A stretch of DNA of 63,688 nucleotides, the filler included, from Thraustochytrium aureum (lineage: Eukaryota), in NCBI GenBank assembly GCA_012862495.1. It is 5 parts of 3 records of this genome, joined end to end, with 100 filler letters (N's around TTAATTAATTAA, not from the genome) between each part and the next. Parts side by side here need not be neighbours in the genome. Positions count along the whole stretch, not along the records: positions 1 to 21,706 come from BLSG01000287.1; 4 more parts are not named here. The stretch is one strand, 5' to 3'. Positions 1 to 11,411 of this stretch are shown here, one piece after another. The number at the start of each line of letters is the position of its first letter. Position 1 is the stretch's first letter. The translations under genes and the position numbers were made by a program. Under the pieces are notes generated by a model. That model searched no databases and was not told where the DNA came from. It worked only from the letters and a program-made list of their open reading frames with translations.

Positions 1-152
1 AGGTGCGCGAAACGGCGCTGCGAGACGGCGTCTTGACTGTCGGCCGGGATTGGCAGGCGGACACGGCCTCGCTCACGGGCTGGCCTGACCTGGGCCAGCC
101 CGGCGCGGCCCTGGCCTAGCCTGGCCTGGCCTGGCCGTTACCCAGCCAGTAG

Positions 153-1068
153 CCTGGTCGGGCCCAGCGGGACTGCTCGGACGCATCGGCCGCGGACGTG
201 GCCAGGATGCCGTTCGCGTTTTGCGTCGAGCGGGACAATGTGTTCACGCGCGCGTTCGGCAGCATGCGGTGGCCTGGCCTGCCGCACTTGTACAATGTTG
301 GCCCAATCGGAGCTCCACAGCCGTTCCGCACTGTGCACGGCGAGTGGGGCCCGCCAATGGGCCGGATCTCCGAAATTGATTGGGAGCTGTACTCTGTCGC
401 GCTAATTTGCAGCGACGTGCTGCTTTCAGTCGCGTGGCATCTGGTCGTTGCTCGCATGCTGTTGCACGTTAGAGTGCGCTGGCTATCGCCAACTTTCCGC
501 ATCTCGATTGGCTATGTTTTCGGCACGATGCGCCTGAGCCTGGTGATCTACTTTTTCCGGGCGCGGCCACTCGCGGCCTACACGTATCTGCATGCGCTGA
601 GCTTTCTCTTGCACTCGTCGATGGGGCTCGTTGCACTCGTGTTTGGCGACGGACCATACGGGCACTTGCGCCCCAACGAGTTTGGCCTCTTCGAGCGCGA
701 CCACCAGCTCAACCCCTACACGGCAATCCCAGTCCTCGCGCACAAGTTCCGTAGTCGCCTCGAGTACTGGTTCTGGGGCGCGCTGCAGTGGCTTGTGGCT
801 GCGCTGCACAATAGGCGGTCGATCTTTGGCGTGTTCCAGCTCTCGCTGATGCCAGCGAACAGCATCGTCGACACCGGCCTCGAGCACATCGCGCGCATCC
901 AGAACAGGTTCTCTGCAACGTTTTCGCCGCCGGCGTCCCCCGCGCGCAATGGCCAGCGAGAAGCCCGAGCGCGGTCGCTGTCCACGCCCGGACCAGCTCC
1001 ATTCTCGCGCTCGACGTTGCCGTGGCCTCACGCGCGGTCTCGCACGCTCGAGTCGAGTCGAAGTGGCT
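153..1068 (+). CDS. Hypothetical multi-pass membrane protein, internal exon (partial)
   Basis: AG|GTGCGC donor at 3 and TAG acceptor at 150-152 suggest an intron at 3-152. The frame is open from 153 into the gap, with several hydrophobic segments (LYSVALICSDVLLSVAWHLVV; LSFLLHSSMGLVALVFG). No family recognised. Confidence 0.45.
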
Positions 1069-1449
1069 NNNNNNNNNNNNNNNNNNNNNNNNNNNNNNNN
1101 NNNNNNNNNNNNNNNNNNNNNNNNNNNNNNNNNNNNNNNNNNNNNNNNNNNNNNNNNNNNNNNNNNNNNNNNNNNNNNNNNNNNNNNNNNNNNNNNNNNN
1201 NNNNNNNNNNNNNNNNNNNNNNNNNNNNNNNNNNNNNNNNNNNNNNNNNNNNNNNNNNNNNNNNNNNNNNNNNNNNNNNNNNNNNNNNNNNNNNNNNNNN
1301 NNNNNNNNNNNNNNNNNNNNNNNNNNNNNNNNNNNNNNNNNNNNNNNNNNNNNNNNNNNNNNNNNNNNNNNNNNNNNNNNNNNNNNNNNGGCGAGCTGGT
1401 CGAGCTCGGGTCGCCCGGCTCATCGCCCGGTCACCAGCGGGCCTCGGGC

Positions 1450-3002
1450 ATGGTGTCGTTCCCGGTTTCCATGGACGCCAAGGACAGCAGCGACGGCGAG
1501 CTGGAGAGCGGCAGCGAAGAGGAGAGCGGCGAGGAGGGCGGCGAAGATCGCAACCAGGGTGCGGTCTTGTCGCCACCACACCAGGGCTACTCCAGTGCCG
1601 GCTTTGTCCTTCCACCTCTTGGCCAAGAGGATGAAACCCTTCAGGAAGGAAAGAGGTCTGGCAGCTGGGCGCTTGCGGAGGGAGAGGCCTCTGACAGCCC
1701 AGGCGAGGTTGTCCTCGTCGGCCCGGCCAAGTTGCGCCGCACGTCTCGCAAGCCAAGTGGAACGCGTCCATCCTCTTCTGGGCCAAACCCTCGTTGCGGA
1801 ATTACTTTGGCCAGCGAGCGCGGGCGAAAGGGGCCGGTGGGTCGCCGCCAGCGGCGATGCACGGCGCCTGCGCTGGCCCGCGGTGGCGCGGCCCGGCATC
1901 GCATGCGTCAGGGGTTCAAGAAGTCCTCCACATCGCAAACGCTGTTCGGCAGGCTGCGCCGAGGGAGCCGGCCTCCGGGAAGCTGTCACCGCGGCTCGCA
2001 CCACTGTCGAGCGGTGACGTTGCAGGCTGTCTCGCCAGCGCTGCGGCGGCGTCTGCCGCCGCAGCGGCGGCGGCTGCTGACGTGGTAGCGGTGGAGGCGA
2101 CAGAGTTGGCAGCCTTGGTGGCGAGGCGGCGCGCCAGCGAGGACGCCGGGGCAGAGGAGAGGGACAGCGACATTGACGATTTGGACGAGGACGGAGAGGC
2201 GGACGAAGACGAAGCGGAGGATGGGGAGGAGGACCACCAAAGCGGTGCCGACGGCGACGGTGAGGGACTCGTTGCGCTGGGTCGCACGACGAGGTCGATG
2301 TCTGTGCCTGGGTTTTCGCTGTCCTCGTCGCCTTCAACTCTGATGCTAGACGATCCGTTGCTGGGAGATAAACCGCTGCAAAAGTCGCGGCGCGCGGCGC
2401 GAACAGTGCGCGTTGCGCCGCGCAGGGCCTCGTACAGCGAAGGCGTTGGCGGGCGCGGACGGGTCTCGCGGCGCCGGAACGGAGCAGGGCCGCGAAACGG
2501 GTTCGGGACTGGGTCTGGGAGCCAGGGCGACGCGGCCGGATCTGGGTCTTGGAGCGCTCTGGACGCCTTCGTGAGCCGGACCAGTGAGCTCAGCGATAGC
2601 GACTCGGACGACACAGACGACGACGACGACCTTGAAACGTATGTGCGCAAACGCGTGGACGGCGTCCCGGTGCGCGGCACTGTGACGTTGAGGGGCGACG
2701 GCGTGCTGCTTGCGATTTCGGCAGCTCCGCCGCGCATTCGCGCTGTCACGGAAGTCTCGCGTCGATTCTCGCAACAGCCCCCAGAGATGCGCGAGGTCAT
2801 CGTCGAGCTTATTGGTCGGCGCATCACGTGCCGCGGGGGGCCGCGCGTGCTCTATACGTACGCAGAGTATCGGTCGTTCGGCATGCGTCTTGGGCCTCGC
2901 GCGCGCCTCACGCTGCTTGCGCTCCTCAATGAGCTAAACGGAGGAACCAAGGTCAAGTCTCTGCGCACTTTTCGGCAGCGCAGCTTGGTGGACTGCGGTT
3001 GA
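1450..3002 (+). CDS. Hypothetical protein with acidic and Ala-rich tracts; probable frameshift near 1780
   Basis: Acidic N-terminus (DSSDGELESGSEEE) in ORF 949..2088 continues plausibly in ORF 1794..3002 (poly-Ala, D/E tracts, globular-looking C-terminus). One extra G near 1780 would join them. Confidence 0.4.
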
Positions 3003-3351
3003 CATTGTACGAGTAAAAGAAAAGTGAATCCATGCATTTTTATGCGGTTGCGCGACCTGAGCGCATGGGCTTATGCCAATGTTGAGCCGAAGCATTTAGG
3101 AACCATCGTGACGTACGCCACTTGGTTGCTGGGTGTGGAACTCCGCAACGCCTATACGGCTCGACCGGCAAAAGTTGAACGAGATCGTGATCAAAAGCGG
3201 CTGCGCTGGCGCGGAGCAAAGTAGACATGACAGATTATACTTTAATGTGTTTCGAAGGTGTGGAAGAGAGGAGGAGGAGTGCGCTACTCGCGCCGGCTCA
3301 AGAGGTTGCGCCGAGCACCGGCGTTCAGATATCCGGCATCCGAATTCCCAT

Positions 3352-3987
3352 TTAGACCTTTGCATCCGCCATCGGAAAGGCCACCGGGGCGGTCGGCATT
3401 CGCGCAGGGGGTGTCACGGCGTTGCGCTTCTTTTGGATGTACAGCCCCGCCCCGACCGCCACGCCTGCAAAGAGGCAGCCGGCAAGAATTCGGGAGCTTG
3501 TGTCAAATTTGGTCGTCGACTCGTCGGTCGCCCCAGCTGCGGCAGGGCTCGGTCCACCGCTGATAGGGCTGCTGTTTCCGGGGTCGGCGTCTTCCCCGGA
3601 AGGTGGCGGGCTTGTGGCAACCGGCGGCGGTGCGTCGGGAACGATGCTGCCTGGCTCGTCGCGCTCGCCCGGGTTGGAGATCCCTGTAGTGAATTTAGGC
3701 GTGGCGCCAACCTGCCACTCGCAATCCGGGTCGCCGAGTTCCTCGCCATTTGTGCGCCCATCGCCGTCCGAGTCGAGCCTGCAGAGCGCGACCGTCCAGC
3801 GCTCGTTCCCGACGTCCTCATAGTCGCTTCCAAAGGAGTTGGTCCGGTCGCCAGAAAGCGGCTGCGTGTGGCCCAGGGAGCTCCCAAACATGTTGCCGTT
3901 CGGCAGCCGTGCGTTATCTCGCGTCTTGGCTTGCACGACAGTGGCGCCCGCGAGGATCGCGGCGCCCACTACGAGTGAACACTTCAT
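3352..3987 (-). CDS. Temptin-domain type I membrane protein
   Basis: Signal peptide (MKCSLVVGAAILAGATVVQA), then LPNG...LGH...NSFGSDY...WTVALCRLDSDGDGRTNGEELGDPDCEW...SNPG, which matches the temptin consensus WTxxLCxxDSDGDGxxNGxELGDPxCxW. A Pro-rich stalk, a TM helix (ILAGCLFAGVAVGAGLYI) and a basic stop-transfer KKR follow. Confidence 0.8.
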   Translation of the reverse strand: MKCSLVVGAAILAGATVVQAKTRDNARLPNGNMFGSSLGHTQPLSGDRTNSFGSDYEDVGNERWTVALCRLDSDGDGRTNGEELGDPDCEWQVGATPKFTTGISNPGERDEPGSIVPDAPPPVATSPPPSGEDADPGNSSPISGGPSPAAAGATDESTTKFDTSSRILAGCLFAGVAVGAGLYIQKKRNAVTPPARMPTAPVAFPMADAKV

Positions 3988-5522
3988 TGCGCAAGCGGAT
4001 TGGTCGCGGTCTCAGATCGTGCTCGACGGTGCTCGTGCTCGGCGCTGATCGTGCTCGACGCTTCGTGTTGGGGGTCTGCTCTCCGGCGCGGGTGATGACC
4101 AACCAGACGGCCTTTCAAGTTTCAAGTCTTCACAGGCAATCCGGGTTTGGACAGTCGCTGGCGTACCTCCTGAAGACACGATCGGCCGAAGACTGGTGGC
4201 CGGAAGTCGCCAAAACAAAATCCCGGCCGAAGCCGCGACCTGCAGTCACACACTGTGGCTGCAGCCCCCAAATTGGCATTTCTTCTGCACCCAACCTTGA
4301 GCCAACAGCCAACTGCAATGTCTGGACCGGACCGCACATGTACCCACTGAAGGGTATGCCACGGGCACCTTGTGGGCACTCTGTGCACAAGTGATCAGCG
4401 GTCGCTGGACGAGTGATCAGGGGCCGGGGCTGTCCAATTCATGCACATGACTTCATGTCCAGTTCAATTGAAAGTGATAACCTCTCATTGCAACCCCACT
4501 GGCACTGGCCTGTCCAAGGGCCGCATCAGGGCCGCTCTGGCACTGCACCCACCATTTCTCTGCCGTCGAGGCGCCGCCGGGACATGTGTTTTGGTGGCGC
4601 AAGCCACAACCGGCGCTGGACACCAACGCACAAGCCCCGTATACCGCCCGTCCGCGTCCACATCTCGTCCCACTGGCAGCCGGCCAGCCATGAACTCCGT
4701 CGGTCGATGCGGCTCGCGGCTCGGCGGCCGGCTGGGCGTGCAGAATTGGGCGCGTGGACGCCAAACAGACAAGGTGGTGTTGGAGCTGCGAAAAAGTGTC
4801 GCGTGCACAATCTACTCTACAGGAGCGAGCTGTACGCCAATGCGCGAACAACGAAGCCAGCGAGAACAACAACGAAGACATCGTGAACAAAAAAGACATC
4901 GTGAACAANNNNNNNNNNNNNNNNNNNNNNNNNNNNNNNNNNNNNNNNNNNNNNNNNNNNNNNNNNNNNNNNNNNNNNNNNNNNNNNNNNNNNNNNNNNN
5001 NNNNNNNNNNNNNNNNNNNNNNNNNNNNNNNNNNNNNNNNNNNNNNNNNNNNNNNNNNNNNNNNNNNNNNNNNNNNNNNNNNNNNNNNNNNNNNNNNNNN
5101 NNNNNNNNNNNNNNNNNNNNNNNNNNNNNNNNNNNNNNNNNNNNNNNNNNNNNNNNNNNNNNNNNNNNNNNNNNNNNNNNNNNNNNNNNNNNNNNNNNNN
5201 NNNNNNNNNNNNNNNNNNNNNNNNNNNNNNNNNNNNNNNNNNNNNNNNNNNNNNNNNNNNNNNNNNNNNNNNNNNNNNNNNNNNNNNNNNNNNNNNNNNN
5301 NNNNNNNNNNNNNNNNNNNNNNNNNNNNNNNNNNNNNNNNNNNNNNNNNNNNNNNNNNNNNNNNNNNNNNNNNNNGCGGCGTGGCCAGGCGCAGGCCGCG
5401 AGGGCGGATGCCACAGCGCCTGAAGCTGCGCGTCGAGCGGCGCTGGGAAGGGCCCGGGCTTGAGCGCCAAGGCGGGCGTGCTTGGCGAGGTTTCCTGGCC
5501 GGTGAGAATCGTTGGCGCGAGA

Positions 5523-7969
5523 ATGGACCCCGAGGTCGCGGCGCTCGAGGAGGAGGAGCGGATCGACTCTGACAGGGCGCAGGCCATGCTCGCGGCTGGG
5601 GTGGACCCCCACGGAGGCCGTGGAGCGCTGCACATACGAAGCCGCAGGGCGCGCGGTGCAGGCGGACCACACGCTGATGTCCGGCCGCGTCTTGGACGCC
5701 AGCAACCTTGTCGAGTCGCTTGCGGATGCGAGCCGCGACCCAGATCAGATGGTGGATGACGAGGAGCGCGGCCTGCGCATGACGCTGTCGCAGCTAGCAA
5801 TGGAAGAGGCGAATCGGCGCTCGGCCTCGCCGACAGCCGCGTCGCCGCAACGCGCACCGAGTGTGTCAAACGCGCCGTCCTCATCGAACGGGCTCTCCTC
5901 GGCCGCGCTCAAGGACACGGACGAGGGAGAAAGCGCTTCCGCCAAGACACAGCGGGCCTCTGGCCCAAACCTTGGCGGCGGCGCTGAAAACGAATCTCCT
6001 GAAATCGTCGTGGCGAGGAGCGAGTCCGAGGACCTCAAGGCGGGAGTCTCCAAGGCGCTGCGGGAAGCGGGCATCTTTATCCCAAACACGCGCTCAATCG
6101 GAATCGAGGAGGACGATCCTGGGCGCGTCAGCGCTGCGCACGACGACTCGACTGCTGGGTTCCTCTCTCCGGCTCCAGCGGTTGCAGCCCGAGACCCTGT
6201 CAGCAACGATGTCGAGACTGGCAGCTTGCAGCGGCGCGTGTCGTCGATGAGCACGGTTGCCGCCGAGGAGCTCGCCAAATTCGACGCAGCAGTGCTCAAA
6301 AAGTTTTACACCTCGGCACGCGGGATAATCTTCCCGGACAACAAGTACGTACTCTACTGGGACCTGTTCATCTTGGTGCTCATCTGCTTTATCGTCATGT
6401 ACGTGCCGTTCCAAGTGGGCGTGAGCAACGGCCAGATGTTGTACCAAGAAGGGTACGCCTTCCTGCTCGGCACATTCATAAACATCGTGTTCATTGCAGA
6501 CATCGTGCTCAACTTTTACCGCGCCTACTTTATGCGCAACGGCCGGATCGTCTTCAACCGCAATCGCGTCCGCTGGCACTATCTCACGGGGTGGTTTTTA
6601 ATCGATTTGGTCGCCTGCTTTCCAGTGGACGCGCTCTACCGGTTCCTGCCCAATTCGTTCATCAACAACTCGTCGGGCGTAAACTTTTCTGTCGTTCATC
6701 AACCTCTTCCGCGTGTTTCGCGTGAACCGTGCCTTCAAGATCGTCTCCCAAAACACGCGCCTGCTCGACTTTCGCCTGCGGTTCTTCACGTACTGGACGG
6801 AAATGCTGCGAATTGTGGTCTATCTCGTGGTGTATGGCCACTGGATCGGCTGCTTGTTCAACTTTGTCGCGCTGCTCGAGGCGGGCTCGTTTCAGGCGGA
6901 AGCCATGCTCAATCCGGAACACCCGAACTGGCTCCAGGTTTACTACGAAACTGGTGGCTTTGTTCCGGTTGTGGGCAACTCGTTCGAAGCCATTTGGGGC
7001 CGCTACACTCTCGGGTTGTACTGGGCGTTCACGACAACCACCTCAATCGGGTACGGCGACATCACGCCCAAGACCGAGGGCGAGATTTGGTACGTCACGA
7101 TAATCATGCTCTCGGCAGGGCTTGTGTGGTCGTGGGTGATCGGGCAGATGATCAGCCTCGTCGAAGAGATGAACCGCAACAAGATACTGTTTCGTGGCCG
7201 GCTCGTGCAGCTCAACAACCTTGTTTTGCACTTTCAGGAAGACAAGCCGAACATCGCGCGGGACGCGCGCCTGTTCCTAGAGCGCCAGTACCGAACCTCC
7301 AAAGGCCGCCGCGACGGCCTCAAACTCAGCCAGATCGCTCCGGTGCTAGAGCACCTTCCGCCCCGCCTTCGCAACCGGGTGTGCCTCGCCCTCACTCACA
7401 GGGACCTCATGCAGGTCACATACTTTAGGGACCCCTCCATTGGCATCCACACGCTCGGCGGTATCGCAAGCCTGTGCGAGACGCACCAGTTCGACTCTGG
7501 GGAGGTGCTTTTCCTGGAGCGTGATGGCCCAGCCTCGCGCCGCGGGGTCTACATTCTTCGTTCCGGGGTTATGGCGGTTGTCCATGACGCAGGGCGCGAA
7601 AAGTCGCCAATGCGGGTCTTCTGTCACAACGGGGTGCTCATGCACGACACGGTGCTTTTGCCAAAGCGGAGCAAGCTCATTCCTGAGCTTACGACAGTCG
7701 CTTTTATGACCTACACCGAAGTCCTTTTCGTGCCGCGCCGCGCTGTGAAGGCTGTGTTCGACATCCACCCGCTGGCCTGGCGACGATCCGCGCGATGGTG
7801 CGCGGTGCGCGCCAACTTTCGGTCCTGGGCCCGGTCGGTCTTGGGCCGCAAGAGTGCGCTAAACCTAAGCAAGAGCGCTCGCTTCGACATCAATCAGTTT
7901 GCCGAGGCCGACAGCGACGGCGACGAAACGCGCAAGGGTGGTCTCTCAGACGACGAGAACAATGTCTAG
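5523..7969 (+). CDS. Voltage-gated K+ channel with cyclic-nucleotide-binding (homology) domain, EAG/CNG-like; two apparent frameshifts
   Basis: S1 YWDLFILVLI, S3 WFLIDLVACFP, S4 LFRVFRVNRAFK, filter TTTTSIGYGD, C-linker VLEHLPPRLR, CNBD-like GEVLF...GVYILRSG. Removing one C at 5606-5610 and one T at 6685-6688 gives one continuous frame. Confidence 0.9.
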
Positions 7970-8002
7970 CAGAACGACCTCGAGATCGCACGCAGCACAA
8001 GC

Positions 8003-8123
8003 AGCTCGAATTCCGAAACAGCTCGAATTCCGAAATAGCTCGAATTCCGAAATAGCTCGAATTCCGACATAGCGCTCTCCGCGACAAAAGCTCTCTCTCC
8101 GCGACAATAGCTCTCAACGCGAC
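8003..8123. repeat. 17-bp minisatellite AGCTCGAATTCCGAAAT x4 plus about 3 degenerate copies
   Basis: Units at 8003, 8020, 8037 and 8054, then AGC-CTCTCCGCGACAA variants. Confidence 0.9.
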
Positions 8124-8593
8124 AGCTTTCACACAATTTTGCAACCAGCCTGTCGTCGATGCTCGGCTACAAGGCGAACAAACACATCACAAAACATGAC
8201 CACCCACATCCTTACGTCCCGATGGCCCATTGATTCTCGCGACGGTACGACCGGCTTCAGGTCGCAGAGTTCCTCCGCAGGACGTGAAGCGATGTTCGTG
8301 TCCACAGCGGCTGACATGAGTGCCTCGCGTACGAAAGGAAAAGAGGCCGCCTGGCAAGCACGCCCCAGACCTTGCAACCGAATGAAGATGCGGCCCACGT
8401 GATCACGCTGTGGCCGGGCGGGCCGTCGCGCGGCGTATGCTGCAGCAGCACGCATTCGTCGCGGCCTCGATCGCAGTCTGTTGGTAGCGCTCTTGCTCCA
8501 AATCTTCCTTGACCCCAAATCAAAACAATCAAATCCCGCAAGGCAGTCTGTCAGTCCCGCAAGGCCATCGCGCGCGCGGTCCAGCCGGCGGCC

Positions 8594-8624
8594 AGCGAGC
8601 GAGCGAGCGAGCGAGCGAGCGAGC
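8594..8624. repeat. (GAGC)n microsatellite upstream of VAC14
   Basis: Direct reading of agcgagcgagcg... Confidence 0.9.
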
Positions 8625-8699
8625 AGCACAGCGCAGCGCGTGGTCTCCTGCGTCTGCTTCGCTCGCTCTTGGTTGGTTCACTCTGGCGCGGGAGCCGCA

Positions 8700-11306
8700 A
8701 TGTCGGCTCCGGGGCTCAACCAACTCCACCAAGCCCCGGACGGAGCGGAGCCGCTCGTCGATGGTGGTGGCGCCGCGGCGACTGCGGGGGAGGGGATAGA
8801 TAGCCAAGGCGCGAGTGGGGCGGCGGACAAGTCGCATGCGTCGCCGCCTCGCGCCAACGCGGCGCTCGAAGCGAAGAGCAGCACAACGCCAATACAGCAG
8901 CAGCAGCAGCAGCAGCAGGCGGCCAAGGCAGCTCCCAAGCTGCCGCCAGCCGCGCTCGCCCCGTCAAATGTAAACCTCTCGCAGGGCGTTGTCCGCGCGC
9001 TGAGCGACCGGTCATACGAAAAGCGCAAGGCCGGCGCAATCGAAATCGAAAAAGTGATCCGTGAAAAGACAAACAACGGGCAAGGGGGCGGCGAAGAGTA
9101 CGTGGTGACGCTCATCCACATTCTGACGATGGACTACGCTTGCTCGATAAACAGCAACCAACGCAAGGGCGGCCTAATCGGGCTCGCGGCGGTGGCCTTG
9201 GGCCTTGGAAGCACGGGGACGCCAAAGTTCTTGCAGTATCTATTGCCGCCGGTTCTCAAGTGCTTTGACGACCCCGAGGTGAGAGTGCGGTACTACGCTT
9301 GCGAGGCGCTGTACAACATCGCCAAGGTGGCCCGCAAGCACATCCTTGCGTACTTTAACGCGCTGTTTGACGGCCTGTGCAAGCTGTTCGCTGACGTGGA
9401 CGTGGACGTCAAAAACGGAGCGCAGCTGCTTGACCGGCTCGTGAAAGAAGTGGTCACGGAGAACTGCGACACGTTCCAGGTGAGCATGTTCATCCCACTG
9501 CTGGAAAAGTACCTCAAGATGACGAATCCCTACATCCGGCAGTTCCTCGTCGGCTGGATCCTCGCCCTTGACGCGGTGCCCGACATCGACATGCTCGAGC
9601 ACCTGCCAAAGTTTCTGGACGGCATCTTCAACATGCTGAGCGACGGAAACCGCGAGATCCGGCAGCAGAGCGACATGGCCCTCGCGAGGTTCCTGGCCGA
9701 GATCCGGGAAGACCCGGCTGGCACCTTTGAGGAGCGGCACCTTGTGGCAGTGATCGCGATCCTGATCTCGCAGAGCTCGAGCGCTCAGAGGTTTAACCGG
9801 CTCACCGCGGTGACCTGGATCCTCGAGTTTATCGACATGTTCAAAGAGCGGCTCGTGGTCATGTACTCTGGAATCCTCGGCGTGCTGCTCAACTCGCTGA
9901 GCGACTCGGAGCAAGAGATCCAGTCGGTTGCCGACAAGGCCCACGACAAGCTTCTCGAGCTCGTGCGCGGCTCTGACACGCAATTCGCGCTGCGTCCGCT
10001 TATAGCTGTTGTTACGCTAAAGCTGGCCGTCCCGCCCTCGGCCCGACCTGCGCAAGGCAACGCGGCCGACGCGCTCGTGGTCTCGCCCGCGCCGCTGCCC
10101 ACGCGGATGGCCGCGCTGCGGTGGATCTCGCTCCTTCTCGACAAGTTTCCTGACGAGATGGAGGAGCAAATCGACCGGCTGACGCCCGCCATGCTGGCCG
10201 CCCTCGCCGACCCCTCGGACGACCTCGTCGTGCTCGACCTAGCCGTCCTGGGCCGCATCGCCCGCAACACGAGCCGTATGGACGAGGTCATTGGGCAAGT
10301 GGTCTCGGTGTTTCGGAAGGACCGCACTCTGTTTGACAACAGAGGCACCTTTGTGGTGCGCAAGCTGTGCGTTCTTCTGGAGCCCGGCCTCGTGTACCTC
10401 ATCCTCGCTCGAGAGATCGACAAAGAGGCGGATCTCGATTTCGCCCACCTCATGGTGCAGGCCCTCAACCTCATCTTGCTCACTGCGCCAGAGCTGACCT
10501 CGTTCAGGGCCTCCCTCAAGCGGTCTTGGCGCGTCTGCTGCGGGCTTGAGGGCGACGTGGAGGAGGACAACGAGGGCGTCGACGCGGACGGCGACAAGAA
10601 TGGCGACCCCCAAGACCCGGTGTTTGTTACTCTCTTCAAGACTTGGTGCTTCGACCCCGTGGCGACGCTGAGCCTGTGCCTGCTTTCGCAGTGCTACGAC
10701 CTCTCCACGGCGCTCGTGATCAAGCTTGCAGACGTCAACCTCTCGGTGGGCTTCCTCATGGAGGTCGACAAGCTAGTCCAGCTAGTCGAGTCGCCAGCGT
10801 TTCTCTCCCTGCGCCTCGAGCTCGTCAACACGGGCTCGGCGTTCCGCCCAGCACTGCTGCAGACCCTGTACGGGCTGCTGATGATACTGCCGCAGTCGGG
10901 GGCGTACACGACGCTGGCCAACCGCCTCAGCGCTGCCAGCTCGCTTCACTTGGCGCTTGCTTCGTCGGGCGGCGGGAGCCAACCCGCGCCCGCCGGGCTC
11001 CCGGGGGCGGGCCAAGAAGCTGGTGCGGCTGCGGTGAGCCGCACCAAGAAGATCTTCAAGTTCATGGACAAGGGCGTTGCGGCGGCCCCAGCCGCGGCCG
11101 CTGCGGCGGCAGCACCACCGGGCAACGCTGACCGGGTCACAAGTCGACTGACCGACCCGGCGGTGCAAGAGCGCAAAGTTTCGGTGGAGGCGCGCTTGCT
11201 CGAGCACTTTCTCGCTGTGCAGTCGCGCATCGTCGAGACGTTTGAGCAGTCGATCCAGTCCAAGTCGCTGCTGGCCAAGGACAAGGCCAGCAAGCCCGCA
11301 CTGTAA
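8700..11306 (+). CDS. VAC14: VAC14, HEAT-repeat scaffold of the PIKfyve/Fab1-FIG4 complex
   Basis: LSDRSYEKRKAGAIEIEK, RKGGLIGLAA, RVRYYACEALYNIAKV, VKNGAQLLDRLVK, LNLILLTAPEL, VDKLVQLVESPAFLSLRLEL, LYGLLMILPQS. Intronless; ATG at 8700. Confidence 0.95.
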   Translation: MSAPGLNQLHQAPDGAEPLVDGGGAAATAGEGIDSQGASGAADKSHASPPRANAALEAKSSTTPIQQQQQQQQAAKAAPKLPPAALAPSNVNLSQGVVRALSDRSYEKRKAGAIEIEKVIREKTNNGQGGGEEYVVTLIHILTMDYACSINSNQRKGGLIGLAAVALGLGSTGTPKFLQYLLPPVLKCFDDPEVRVRYYACEALYNIAKVARKHILAYFNALFDGLCKLFADVDVDVKNGAQLLDRLVKEVVTENCDTFQVSMFIPLLEKYLKMTNPYIRQFLVGWILALDAVPDIDMLEHLPKFLDGIFNMLSDGNREIRQQSDMALARFLAEIREDPAGTFEERHLVAVIAILISQSSSAQRFNRLTAVTWILEFIDMFKERLVVMYSGILGVLLNSLSDSEQEIQSVADKAHDKLLELVRGSDTQFALRPLIAVVTLKLAVPPSARPAQGNAADALVVSPAPLPTRMAALRWISLLLDKFPDEMEEQIDRLTPAMLAALADPSDDLVVLDLAVLGRIARNTSRMDEVIGQVVSVFRKDRTLFDNRGTFVVRKLCVLLEPGLVYLILAREIDKEADLDFAHLMVQALNLILLTAPELTSFRASLKRSWRVCCGLEGDVEEDNEGVDADGDKNGDPQDPVFVTLFKTWCFDPVATLSLCLLSQCYDLSTALVIKLADVNLSVGFLMEVDKLVQLVESPAFLSLRLELVNTGSAFRPALLQTLYGLLMILPQSGAYTTLANRLSAASSLHLALASSGGGSQPAPAGLPGAGQEAGAAAVSRTKKIFKFMDKGVAAAPAAAAAAAAPPGNADRVTSRLTDPAVQERKVSVEARLLEHFLAVQSRIVETFEQSIQSKSLLAKDKASKPAL

Positions 11307-11411
11307 GCCCTCTGTAGAGACGCGGAGAGAAACGGACGAGAAAGGCCTTGCGCGCTTTGGTCTGCTCTATTAGTTTACTTGCAGCCCCGGCCGGGCGAGC
11401 GGCATTCACTC

